64,000 nucleotides of DNA, taken from positions 72,167,817-72,231,816 of the forward strand of contig NC_081358.1 in the NCBI RefSeq assembly GCF_030684315.1. Direction: 5' to 3'. Each line of letters opens with the position of its first letter. Positions within the stretch are counted from its first letter, which is position 1. Of the stretch, positions 13,501 to 36,700 are shown piece by piece. The DNA is from Stegostoma tigrinum (Eukaryota). The notes under the pieces were generated by a model that saw nothing but the letters and a program-made list of their open reading frames with translations, had not been told where the DNA came from and searched no databases. Both the position numbers and the translations under genes were made by a program.

Positions 13501-14589
13501 GACAAAACTAAAGTCATGGATATGGGCAAATCAATCATCCAATAAAAGAGGAAAAAACCAAGAAGATTTGAGATAAGGTGGAGGGCTGGAAAGATCAAAT
13601 GATAAATAAAATTCACAGTCCAAGCAGTGGCAATGGGACACGTTTAGAAACAACTTCAATACGATTATGGTTCATTTGAGCAAACTTCCAGTACTGTCTA
13701 GAGTTCTACCACCACTTACAGTCACTGGAAAAGGTGAAAAAAATCAGTTTTCCCAATAGCAGAGCATAGTTGTATCAGAAAAGACAGAATAGTCTGGGTC
13801 TCCTTTCTCTAGAAAACAGAGGCTGAGGGGTAACCAATTAAAGGTCTTTAAAGTTACAAAGGGCTTAATATAGATTGGAGAAAGTGTTTCCAGTTATGGG
13901 GAGATTTAAAACCAGGGGTCATAAAACTAGATGGTTTGTAAATGAGTATTGCAGTTGACAATTGAACTTTGAACACTAAGACCAACGTCCACTTTTGACA
14001 AGCTAATAACTGGACAGAGAGTGAAAACAGCCCTGGTCCGAAGCTTCTAAAACTGCTCTTAAAAACAAGCAGAGAACAAAAGACTAATGTTTGCTTTTGG
14101 AAACTGCTAAGATAATTCAGTTTAATCACTGTTCTGAGGACACTACGGATGATTTGGCAGTGAAATGTTACTATGCTCAGGGACTGGCAGCTGGTTGAAT
14201 GATGAATTGGTCAATCAAGGGAGAACTAGGGTGGCCAGTCAACCACCAGGAAATCAAAGAATAAACTGTTCTGACGAAGGGTCACCAGACTCAAAACATT
14301 ATCTGTGATTTCTCATTAACTGTGATGCTGCCAGACCTGCTTAGCTTTTCCAGCAATCTGTTTTTATTTCTGATTTACAACATCTGCAGTTCTTTCAGTT
14401 TTTAATGAAATGATTCTGCCTGAGCTTTTGGACAAGAGGCAGTTTTGGTTTAGAAGCTTCTGGACTGGGGCTGCTTTCAATCTCTACACTTATTGTCCAG
14501 TTTTTAAACTTGCTGCAAGTTCTAAGACCAGTGACCTCAGAATTCAAGAAAGATGTACACTATATTGTCTGTAACACAACCTGTCATCA

Positions 14590-14900
14590 TGAAGGGCAGG
14601 AGAGGCTGAATAACGTTTTTCCCTATGGTGGGGGAGTCCAAAACTAGAGGACATGCTTTTAAAGTAATGGGGAAAAGATACAAAAAGGACCTGCAGGGCA
14701 TCTTTCATGCAGAGGGTGGTGCATAAGTGGAATGAGCTGCCACAGGAAGTAGTGGGAGGCAGGTACAATTACATTTAAAAGGCATCAGCATGGACATATG
14801 AATAGAAAGGATTCAGAGGGATCTAGGTCAAATAAGACTAGATCAGTTTAGGAGGGCAAGTTAGTCCAAAGGGTTTGTTTCCATTCTGTATAACTCTACT
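14590..14900 (+). mobile_element. CR1 3' fragment
   Basis: gagtccaaaactagagg..tggaatgagctgcc..ctgtataactcta. Confidence 0.7.
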
Positions 14901-15007
14901 CAAGGAATTAATAAATGCTTGGTATTCGTTGTTGAAAGAAATTGAACTGGCAAATTACAGTTTTTTTTAAAGTTTATTCCTTATTGCTGTGTGTGACAAT
15001 GCGCCTT

Positions 15008-15326
15008 ATAGAACATAGAACAGTACAGCACAGAAGAGGCCCTTCAGCCCACAATGTTGTGCCGACCATTGATCCTCATGTATGCACCCTCAAATTTCTG
15101 TGACCATATGCATGTCCAGCAGTCTCTTAAATGACCCCAATGACCTTGCTTCCACAACTGCTGCTGGCAACGCATTCCATGCTCTCACAACTCTCTGTGT
15201 AAAGAACCCGCCTCTGACATCCCCTCTATACTTTCCACCAACCAGCTTAAAACTATGACCCCTCGTGCTAGCCATTTCTGCCCTGGGAAATAGTCTCTGG
15301 CTATCAACTCTATCTATGCCTTTCAT
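15008..15326 (-). mobile_element. Young 5'-truncated CR1 (ORF2 C-terminus plus TTCTATG tail)
   Basis: ORF 15090-15326 ([14 protein letters not shown]); near-identical to 53953-54275. Confidence 0.9.
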
Positions 15327-18186
15327 AAGATTGGGATTAGATTGTTGATACTAGATTGCTTGGCAGTTTGTGTTCTGCTAAAGTTACACTTTTAGTAAAT
15401 TTATCAGTTTTCTTTTAAGTGATAACCTAGGTGTCCAAGATTTGTTTGTAAAGTGTGATTAGGAACAACTAAGCAATTGAGAGCCATTGAGTAAAAAATT
15501 TCACAATGTTGTGAATCCAGTGATACAGAGACTGATTTAGTTTGGCTGCCATCCCTATACCCTAACAACAACTAATACATTCAGCTGATGAAACAGCAAT
15601 GCTCCAAAAACTTGTGATTTCAAATAAATGTGTTGACTATAAACTGGTGTTGTGTGCCTTCTGACATAAAGCAGTTCAAAAGTGACCTTCTTGTGAAGTA
15701 GATGAAGTGAACAGCATCAAAGTCTTTCAGAGAATAGGGAAGGTTATAGTAACAAAAGCGAGGGGGAGATGAAATTGGGTGAGTGGAGACTCGTGTGAAG
15801 CATGGATCAATTAGACATTCCAAATAATCTGACACACTTAAATACCAAATATTTTAACACTAATTGGTCATCTTGAAAACATATCTCAATTGCTGCGAAC
15901 CAGAGAAACCAACTGCACCAGATGAGACTTTGCTTATTGAACCAGCCATAATCACAGCTTTTCTATTTGAAACTGTCAAAATGGTGCATCTTGTGGTTAC
16001 TTTCTAGAGATTATCAAAACTCAGGAGACACTGAAAAATTCTTACATGTAAAATGATTCCTTAATCCCATTCGTTGGATTCAGATCCAGGTTCTAATACA
16101 TTAATCCATTGAACAGATTTAACACATTTGTGAAATCTTTGAATGTAAAGTATTTTGGTACAATTCCAGAAGCCACCTAAGCTGATAGATCAAAAAGGTC
16201 ACATGAAGATTATGGAAAAGATCACCTGTACCTCTACTCCAAAGTGGTACAAAGTCAGATGCGGTAATTGTCAAGGGGAAGAATTTGCTATCGAGACTCT
16301 TGGTTCAGATGTGCAACTGCTCAGCCAAATAAAAACACAGCAAATAAAAAGTTCCCTAAGTTCCTGGTTTGAAAATTACTAGAAAGAGATTCAATAGCAT
16401 TTTTTTCTACTTTCAATAAACCAATGAAGAAGATATTACTAGTTTGGATTTCTAGTCACTGATGTGAATTGGACAGCAGTAACATTTCACAGGAACTCTA
16501 ATCATGTTACATTGGCACATTTCTAATAGGAGGGATAAACTACAGGTCAAGGTCAGTTTGTCAGCATTTAATACAAATTGACGTGCCCGTTCTGCACGGA
16601 ATTCCACGATTCAGACATGCAAATCCCACTGTATCTGAAACAGGTGTTCCAGCTTGCTGGGTATCAGAGAAATGAAAATAAATTTAAAGGGTACAGTAAC
16701 AGAAACGCAATCTCAAGCTATGTCTATTGTCATTCTTTATTGACAATTTTGCTATTCATTTCTTTTTGTTAAATAACATGCCCCTTAACAATTTTTGGCA
16801 TTAAATGCACAATACAAATGCAGTTGCTGTTGAAACCCTCAAGCCTTTATTCCTGTTGGCATGAAAGGCTAATTGAACTAGAAATGTTCTACACCCACCA
16901 CTTACACACGCATCACAAATTTTACTTTCAGGAGGGGAAAAATGAAGAACGAATAACGATTCAGGCCATTGGCTCCCTCCTTCACCACTGGGATTCTGTG
17001 AATCAGTGTAACCTGGTTATCCACATCTTCTGAAGTTACCACTGACTATTTAACAAGGCTCCGACACATGTAATGTGCAGTGACCAAGGGGAATCTTCCT
17101 CCTTGTGTGAAGCTAGTTTGTCAACTGCAAGAGTATTTACAGGTACCATGCAATATTAGGCATCAGTAAAGGTTAGGTAGTGCCTTTAAATTGATGCTAA
17201 TGCAATATCAACATGCTATAATATCCAGTCAAGAGAAGTGCTGGGGAATGGCTTTCAAACCACTTCAAGCAGCATCACCTCCAATTCAGGGCAATTATCA
17301 TGGAGTTCAATGCTTGGCTGCACTATCAGTACGCTGGAAACCATGCCTTATCACATATCGTGGATCATTTCATAAGCCTTTTAATGATCGAAGAACGTTT
17401 TCAGTCTCTAGTGGCCTTCAATTATTCCATTCATGTTTAATTTCATCCTCTTACACTTCACCACACTCTAAACTAGCTTGACCATTTGCACATGATGGAA
17501 TTCTTTCCATTTGTCTGACAAATGCAACCCCAGCAATACTCAAGAAGCTTGACACTATCGAGGACTAAGTGGCTTGGCCTGACTGGCATTCACATTCACC
17601 CTTCAACATTCGCTTTCTCCACTAAAGACACACATCTACAAGATGCACTGCAGTAACTCACCACTCTTTCAGCAGCACCTTCTAAGTCTATGACTTTCGG
17701 AAGGGCCAGGGCAGCCAAACAGCACCATCTGCAAGATCTCCTCCCAACACACCCCCTTGCCTTAGAACTATGTTACCGTTCCCTAATTGTCACTGGACCA
17801 AAGTTATGGAACTCCCTTCCATTTGAGTCATGCTAAAACATGAAAACTTCGAAGTTTAGGTTCCAATTTTTACTAATTTCTGATGCAATAAAGTGTCTGT
17901 GTTGGCCCCAGTCCATTTTACACATCACTTCTGCCTACAACAAATTCTGCAGCATTTACACGTCATTTCTGCTTTCCTAAATTTATCAGGTGGAAAAAAT
18001 ATCAAATCTATCATGCACTACAACAATGGCTTAAGATTTGGAATATTTCATCTTATTTATTTGGCTCAAATTAAAATCCAACATAGGTATAAGTTCTCTG
18101 GAAGACCTTTATCAATCTTCCGATCATAAAGTGGATAGATTCCAATATCATGTCAAACTTAAACAGGAAAAAAATGTTAGCACAGT

Positions 18187-18192
18187 TTTATT
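18187..18192 (-). terminator. Candidate MCM4 polyadenylation signal AATAAA
   Basis: TTTATT on plus strand about 320 nt past the MCM4 stop; other candidates lie further downstream. Confidence 0.4.
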
Positions 18193-18512
18193 GTCAGTAC
18201 AAATCAAATATCTTCACTACTTCGTTAACATAGTCATCTGAATTATTTCATTTCTTGAGTTTCTACAATGGCACGATACGTGAAAAGTGTAAAGTTCTAA
18301 CCTGATATTTACATCTGTGGCAGTGTACTAGCTGATTGCCTTACTTTTGAATACACTATTAAAGACATAACTTCAAGCTTGGTATTACAAAGGAGAAAAA
18401 CAGCTAAAGAATGAGATCAGATAATTAAGCAAAATAATGTGAAATATATCTGATTGGTATATTGCTTCAGTGAAGTAAGCATTTTCTAATAAATTTCTAT
18501 GAAGAGTTCCTT

Positions 18513-29565
<11,053 letters not shown>

Positions 29566-30799
29566 CTCTATCTCTAGCAATTGAAAAAAAAATTACCTCT
29601 GACTTCAACATAAATATGTTTATAACAAAAATGAATGTGAAGAGTCAAAATATTGATGCACAAATTCTACATTAACGTTAACTAATTTGTTATGCATCAG
29701 GCATTCCATTTCTCAAATCTTTCAAGAGAATAATAATTCAAAATATTGTTTATTTGCTGTCATCAAACATGCCCATTATTGTATCCTCCAAGACCACCAG
29801 GCTATAACAGCAGGCTTATTGTTTTTTTAACATCCCTGTGATTTTATTAAAGAGGAACAGTTAAACTTAGAGGTTTGCAAGTGACTTAAGTAACTTGAAG
29901 CCATACAGAGATAAAATACAATAGATAACATTGCAGTACAGCTTATAGATTATCTGAAGTTGTAAATGTAATGTTAAAAAGCTAATGTGGTCTTTCTCTA
30001 CAGTTGCTGGAGAAACAAGGACGTTAAAAAACTGAGAAGAAGATCCACTAAAATGATTTCCACAGCTAAAATTATGAAGAGTTGTGAAACATGGAAGCTT
30101 GAGAATGGAATGGTAGCATCTGAAGTGATCTACCACCAACATGCATCACAGTTAATAGCATAGAAAAGGTTCACCCTAAATATCCATATCAATTAAACCA
30201 TGACAACAATTTAAGCTTAAACTAGTAAAAAGAGAACATTAGGGCTTTTCCCAAGAATTCCTTCAACAAAAGTTCACCAACTTGCACGTGGGATTCACGA
30301 TCAGTGAGTCAGAAGAACAACACCATATGATGGAGTCATAGAGGTCAGCCATTCAGCTCAATGAGCCTCTACAGCCCTCTTCAGTAAAAAAAATTCCAGA
30401 AGTACTACCTGCTGAACGAAGAAAATCCTCAGCTTTATCCTAATTGAGTGACCCATTATTCTAACATTACTGCACTCTTCTTCGACCATCCTAGCCATTT
30501 AACGATTATAGAAATAAAGAGGTTAAGTGCTCTGGTACAGACTTGCATAAGTGTGAAATTGTCAAAGGGAGAATGGGGTAATTTAAATTTTAAGGTTTAA
30601 TCTTGAGTAAAACAACTTCTCTGCACTCAAGCATTTTACTCATAGCTGGCACTGCATAGCAAGTGAGCATTTCTTAAAAAATCAATATTGGCCTTCAGAT
30701 TATGAGTATTTAGAGTAAAAGGAATAAGGCAAAGTCCAAAGTGTGTATTTAATATTCTTTAAACCAGAGAAAATGAGCATAAAGACAGCAATCCAAGGA

Positions 30800-32735
30800 T
30801 AAGTCATGTTGGGTTGCTTAGTTAGGTGGATACTCCTCCTGTGCCCTGTGTAACATCCGAGACACGTCCAATGTCCAGGATCACTATGTTTGTGGGATGT
30901 GTATCCAGCTGCAGTTAGTGGAAATTTGCATTTTGGATCTGGAGCAGCAGCTGGAATCACTGTGGAGTATCTGAAGAGCTGAGATATACAGTGATAGCAT
31001 ATATAATGAGGTGGTCACACATTGGGTAAAGAGTGCACAACACCAGACAGATTTAAATAAACACCACACAGTTAGTGCAGGAGTCCCTTGAGGCTACTTC
31101 TGTCTGACAATAGTTTGGACATTGTTGAGGGAGACAGCTATCACTGCATTCCCTTAAAAACTAAGTCCATGGCACCAGAATTGGGGGAAAAAAAGACAAG
31201 GAAATGGCAAGTCAATTGAACAACTAACTTAGAGATAATGGGAACTGCAGATGCTGGAGAATCCAAGATAATAAAGTGTGGAGCTGGATGAACACAGCAG
31301 GCCAAGCAGCATCTTAGGAGCACAGAAGCTGACATTTCAGGCCTAGACCCTTCGGGTCTAGGCCGGACGGGTCTAGGCCCGAAACACCAGTTTTTGTGCT
31401 CCTAAGATGCTGCTTAGCCTGCTGTGTTCATCCAGCTCCACTTTGTTATCTTGAACAACTAACTTAGTTCTGTTTGTACAGAGGACAACACAAATAATGA
31501 CCCAGAAATACTAGGGAAGTAAAGGTCTATTGGGAAGGAAAATTGATATCCTTGAAGGAACTTAGATGTGATTAGTAGAATAGATGATACAAGCAGTAGA
31601 TGTGGTGCACTTCAATTTTCCTACATAAGAGGCTGATATATGTAATCAAAGTACATGGAATTTGTAGTATTGTACTGAAATGGGGTTAGAATTGGTTAGC
31701 AATTGCATGAATAAATGTTGGTTTTGGAGTAAAGAACAGTGACAAAAGAAGGCACTGTTGAGCCTTAATTATTCGCGTTATGTATCAACAAGTTGGATGC
31801 AAGAATCAAGTGTAATATATCCTAGATATCCTAGTTTGCTGACAACATAAAACTCGATGGGGCAAGTGCTGAGATAGATGGATAGAGGTTTCAGGTCAAT
31901 TTAGACAAGTTGAATGAATGAGCAAATACACAGAAGTGTAGCATTACTTGAATGAGTGTGGAGTTGTCCTCTTTTGTAGGAAAAATACAACTGAAAATGT
32001 TATTTAGAACGATACATTAGGATGTGTTGGCATACAAAAAGATCTAGGTATCCTCATTCATTGGCAACTGAAAGCAAAATTCAGGTACAACAAACAGTTA
32101 CAAAGACTAATACAATGTTAGCTTTTACTGTAAGAGGATGAGTGTCCAGGAGCAAGGAAGTGTTACTGTAGCTACATAAGGCCTTGGTGAGACCACATTT
32201 GCAGTAGAGTGATCAATTTTGGTCTCCTTGCCTAAGTGTATAATTGCAAGACAGTTAAGGTGCACTAATTTGATTTCCTGCCAAGGCAGGTTTGTCATAT
32301 GAGGACAAAACTGGTCAACTGGGTGCATATCACTTAGAGTTTAAAAGAATGAGAGGGCTCCTCAGTGAATCGTATAAATTTCATAGTGTTAAATAGGCCA
32401 GACGCAAGAGCTATAGTTCCCCAAACCAGGGTATCCCGAACAGAAACTTAGTCCCAAGATAGGGAGTGGGGAATTTTGCACTGATACGAGGAGAAATATC
32501 TTTATTCAAAGAGTGGTATACCAGTGGTAACAATCTACCATACCAAGTCATTTAATAAGTTTTAGGAAATAGATTTCCGCGAAGTTAAAAGTATCAGGGG
32601 TACGGAGAAAGAGGAAAAAGTATGACGCATGAAAGACAGAAAAAATGAAAGAGAAAAAAAGCATCAGCCATGGTCATCTTAAATAGTATAAGGGGTTTGA
32701 CGGGCCGATTAGGCTTTTTCAGTTCCTATTTCCAA
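30800..32735 (+). mobile_element. Old internally deleted CR1 in the MCM4 5'-UTR intron
   Basis: ORF1 Cys-rich remnant (DHYVCGMCIQLQL), RT remnant (FADNIKL) and 3' UTR. Confidence 0.65.
31233..31450. mobile_element. Penelope-like fold-back insertion
   Basis: 17-bp direct repeat TTGAACAACTAACTTAG at 31216-31232 and 31451-31467; reiterated GGGTCTAGGCC at the centre. Confidence 0.88.
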
Positions 32736-33139
32736 GGCATGCTTAATAAGTAGATCAGATAGATAGCTAAGCGGTTAGATGGCTAATATGACGTATGATT
32801 ATCATGCGAACATCCTATCTATTTTCGCGATCAAGAGTGGGGTAGGAATAAACTAGGAAAAATAACATTTTCTGGATCAAAAGTAAAACAAGATTTTAAA
32901 TAAAACCTAGGCACTTTTAAAACATAACTTAAGTAATATCGCTTATGCCAAGCGCGATACCGCCCTTTACGCCGGCACCAAAAATTTTGCTTGAAATAAA
33001 GCTCCAGGTGCAAAATTGGGAGTTCTAAAACAATTAAGTCCGTCCATGCGGGTAGCATACTAACCAGTTGGCCTGACAGGATGCTGTGTAACGTTCACTA
33101 GTCACGTAACTAACCTATTTCGACAGGCTGATTAATTAA

Positions 33140-33620
33140 AATTTCAAATTATTTTCGCGGCCCAGCGCAAGGACAACACGGCAAACACAACAATACTTAT
33201 TATTATGACCATCTTATAACGTGAATTATTTGCCGATAGACTGAATCCCACCTGAGAGCGCTCCCTCTTAACTCAACAGACAACTTTTCCCGCCACGACG
33301 GTCACCTGATCGCCAATCCGCGCGCTTGCTCTGACGTGGAAAGATCTATCCCGAGCGAAAGATGGGGGGGGGGGTGGAGAGGGAGAAGGAATGGGGAATG
33401 AGAGAAAAAGCTGGAATGGAAGTTGAGAAATCGTATTGCAGGAATCACTTGATTTGATTTATCCAAAGCGCCGTATGTTTACTGCCTGTGAATTGAAGGG
33501 AATTATTTTGAGAATTGTTGTTCAAAGTTCAGTGCTTCCTCCCCACCTCAGCGGGGTGGTGGAGTGGGCGGGCTTAGAGCGCTGTGCTGGCAGGGCTCGC
33601 GCCAGAAAAATGGCTGCTGG
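33140..33620. promoter_or_regulatory. Bidirectional MCM4/PRKDC CpG-rich promoter
   Basis: E2F TTTTCCCGCC 33285-33294; TTTTCGCGG 33152-33160 next to CHR-like TTTGAA (minus, 33143-33148); CCAAT 33313-33317; TGACGT 33332-33337; GC box GGGCGGG near 33566; YY1-like AAAATGGCTG over the PRKDC ATG. Confidence 0.85.
33252..33300 (-). other. MCM4: Putative MCM4 non-coding first exon (5' UTR); start site approximate
   Basis: Donor CTCAG|gtggga at 33252 just downstream of an E2F site. The MCM4 ATG exon begins with an acceptor, so an upstream exon is required. Confidence 0.65.
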
Positions 33621-33787
33621 AATGCGGAGACCTGGAGCTGCGGTACAGCTCGAGGCGGAGAGGCGGCTGCACCAACTCGAGCAGCTGCTGTCAACCCGAG
33701 ATTTCAGGAGTGCAGCAATGGAGTCACACAGTGTAATCGCCAACCTGAGCCATGACCTTCTACACAACAGTCATGAAAGCCGGCTGG
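33610..33787 (+). CDS. PRKDC: PRKDC exon 1 ([28 protein letters not shown]...HESRL)
   Basis: ATG in AAAATGG context; donor G|gtgggt, phase 1, matching exon 2. Confidence 0.85.
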
Positions 33788-36700
33788 GTGGGTAGAGGCA
33801 GTTAGGCCGCTGGTTGAGGTGCATAAGGTTTGCACAAGTTCTTTTAAACCCCTCCGGCCTCTTGGGAGGATGCGCATATCCTGGAGGGTGACTGACCAGG
33901 ACAAGGAGGAGTTAAAACAGCTGGTTGTTTGTCTGTTCTCCAGCGCCACCTCCAATTTGTTTCCTAGTCACCGGAATACTGTTTATACTCTTCGGCAATA
34001 AACCGAGCTGACAGCGCACTGGCGAACTACAGAATTAGCTGTTGTACATTAGCAAAATAGATGCTTCGATTCTCTATTGTTTGGGGGGGGAGCGGGAAGA
34101 GGAGTAATTTTGTAAACAGATATGGCTGGGAGACGTAGACTGCATATATTGCGAAGTAAGCCTGGATTTTTCCATAGACAGATTATAGTCGTTTCTGAGG
34201 TTTAGCTGAGAGTTGTTTGTGGAGATCCTGCGAAATTCCCAGCAAGAGACCCTGAACCAATTTCCAGGGAAATTGCAGATTCCGCTGACCAATTCCTATC
34301 TACTTGGAAGAGCCAATCACTTTTTCAGTCGGATAGTTCCGGTGTAATTAATGGTTGCTGAGGAAAGTTTGACTATTAAAAGCTAGTTAACACCTCAGAA
34401 GCTATTCAACCGACTCCGTACTGTTCTTAACTATCTTCCAAGTGCATGTCCTTCTAGACATCTTGCAACTGTCCCCGTCCCACACGGGACCTAATACCCT
34501 GTCTTACTCTAAATTCTTCGTCGTTTACTGTCACAGCCAGCTGCCTGTGATGCTTGATGTTTAACTTGTCAGAATGTGGCAGCTGGCTGCTCTGAAAACA
34601 TAGACATGCATAGCTTCCCCTGACTGTTCTGCACGGCCAGAGTGGCAGAACGGCTCCACATCTCTGAAGGAGTTCTGATCCGAAACTGCCGTCAGAAATG
34701 CATTGATATAGCATCCTTTCAATGTGGAAATGGGCCCTTCGCCCAACAAGTTGCTGAGCTACAGGGAAAGAGCTGGGGAGTGGGACCAATTGGATAGCAC
34801 TTTTGCAGATATAAGTGGATGGATAGCTTTCCTCTGTGCTAATTCTTGGAGGAATGGCCAATTGGATGGGAATAGTTGTCCAAGCAACAAGCAGTGCCTT
34901 TGGGAGAAAGGAAGAAAAGTGAAATTAAGAATTAAGTCCACGCTGACTCTCTGAAGAATGCCACCCCCACCCCTGCCATATCCCTGTGACTCTATTTCCC
35001 ATGGCTAATCCACCTAGCTTGTGCATCTTTAGACCATGGGACGAAACCGGAGCATACCTATGAAGATATGGAGAGAACGTGCAAATTCTACACAGTTACC
35101 TGAATGTGGAATTGAACCGGGGTCCCTGGTGATATGAGGCAGCAGTATGAGATTGCCACTCCCCAGAACATTGGCCATAGTTGGCACTACACGTAAAGAC
35201 AATGGTTGTTCCAGTGATTGAAGTACAAATGGACTAGATTCAGATATTGAAATTGGGCCTGGGAGCATTCTGATTTATTTTAATTTTTTAAATTGCCCTA
35301 ACATTACTTTGCTTAATGCAAAGAAAAGCAGAAAATGTTAGTTTTTGAAATTTACTCATGCCTCACTTGTAGAAATGGAACAAGAAAAGGGGTCAAAACA
35401 GGTTTTGTGGCATCGGCTGGTTTTCAAGTCTTTGTCATATTCTGTGAAAGGTATGAGTTGTTGTGGTATTATCTGCTGTTACCTGAGTCAGCTTCAAAGT
35501 AAATTTATGGATATTGACCCTTGTTTTACTAATTTGCATTACAATTCTCCAGAATTTAACTTTGCTCAGATATTATTTTGTTAATTCAATCGTATCAAAA
35601 GTGCGTCAGAGATAATGGGAACTGCACATGCTAGACAATCCGAGGTAACAAAGTGTGCAGCTGGATGAACACAGCAGGCCAAAAGCTTTTGTGCTCCTAA
35701 GATGCTGCTTGGCCTGCTGTGTTCATCCAGCTACACACTTTTTGTTATATCAAAAGTACATTAAGGTTTTTGTTGAGTTATTTTTGGCAATACTTAAATT
35801 ACCTAATGAATTATCAAAATAGTAATAAACTGAGAATTTAGTGCTAAATGCATGAATTATATAGCTTTGAACTGAGTTGACTATAGTTGTCAAAATTGTG
35901 TAGGTAGTTTTTCATCTCATCCTAAGCAGTGTTGTTTAGGATGATGGTAAAGCAGAAAAAGATGTTTACGTCAAGTTGAATTTGTTTTTATCATGTGTTA
36001 ACCCAGTCAGAACTTGAGTGACGTTGTCACACCGAAATAGTAAGCATTATTCTTCTTGTTCAAAGATTAAGTGATAGCATGTTATTTCTTGTATTTCTGT
36101 AAGCCCCCACTGTGAAATAATTTCATGCATGCTTTGAGGAGGAACATTACGTATAAATCTATATAGTTGGCTTGTGTAGTCAGCTCCCATGTGTAAAGTT
36201 TTCATGTTGGCTGGTCTTAATTTGCTGATGTAGCGGGTGCTAAGTAGAAGCCAGCACCTCAAAGTGGAGATGGAAAATCAAACATCCCTCTTCCCCAAAC
36301 TATTCTCTTTATTCCATTTAGTATTATGCTCAGCATGATATTTTGAGAGGGTCTGAAAGTAGGTGAAGTGCAGCTTTAAAGGCTGAACGGTGGAACTGAG
36401 CACAAATTTCAGGTTGTGGTGAGGTTGTAGAATGAGAAATCTGGAAAGAAAAATGTTGGAGTTGAAATTATCATTTTGATTTTGAAATAAAGAATTGTAA
36501 ATACAGAACAGCTTATTGTGTCCAACTCTTGTTATTTGTTAGTTCACTGGATAATCCACAAAAAAGCCTCCTTGTCCTCTACTTTTCAATTATTGACAAT
36601 ACTCCCTACACTGAGCTTCCTGGCCAACATTTTGTCCAACCCCTTTTCTTCCAAGCTACCTGTATTTCCCCGGGTACTTTGTGTTGGAATTACTGTTGCT

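Noticed and set aside
33436-33609. Upstream extension of ORF 33436-33795
   Set aside because: It starts at a non-ATG codon inside the promoter; the ATG at 33610 has a good context and fits the DNA-PKcs N-terminus.
33960-34400. CCAAT, TTCCGG and ACTACA motifs in PRKDC intron 1 as a separate promoter
   Set aside because: Short motifs in the tail of the CpG island with no associated exon or gene.
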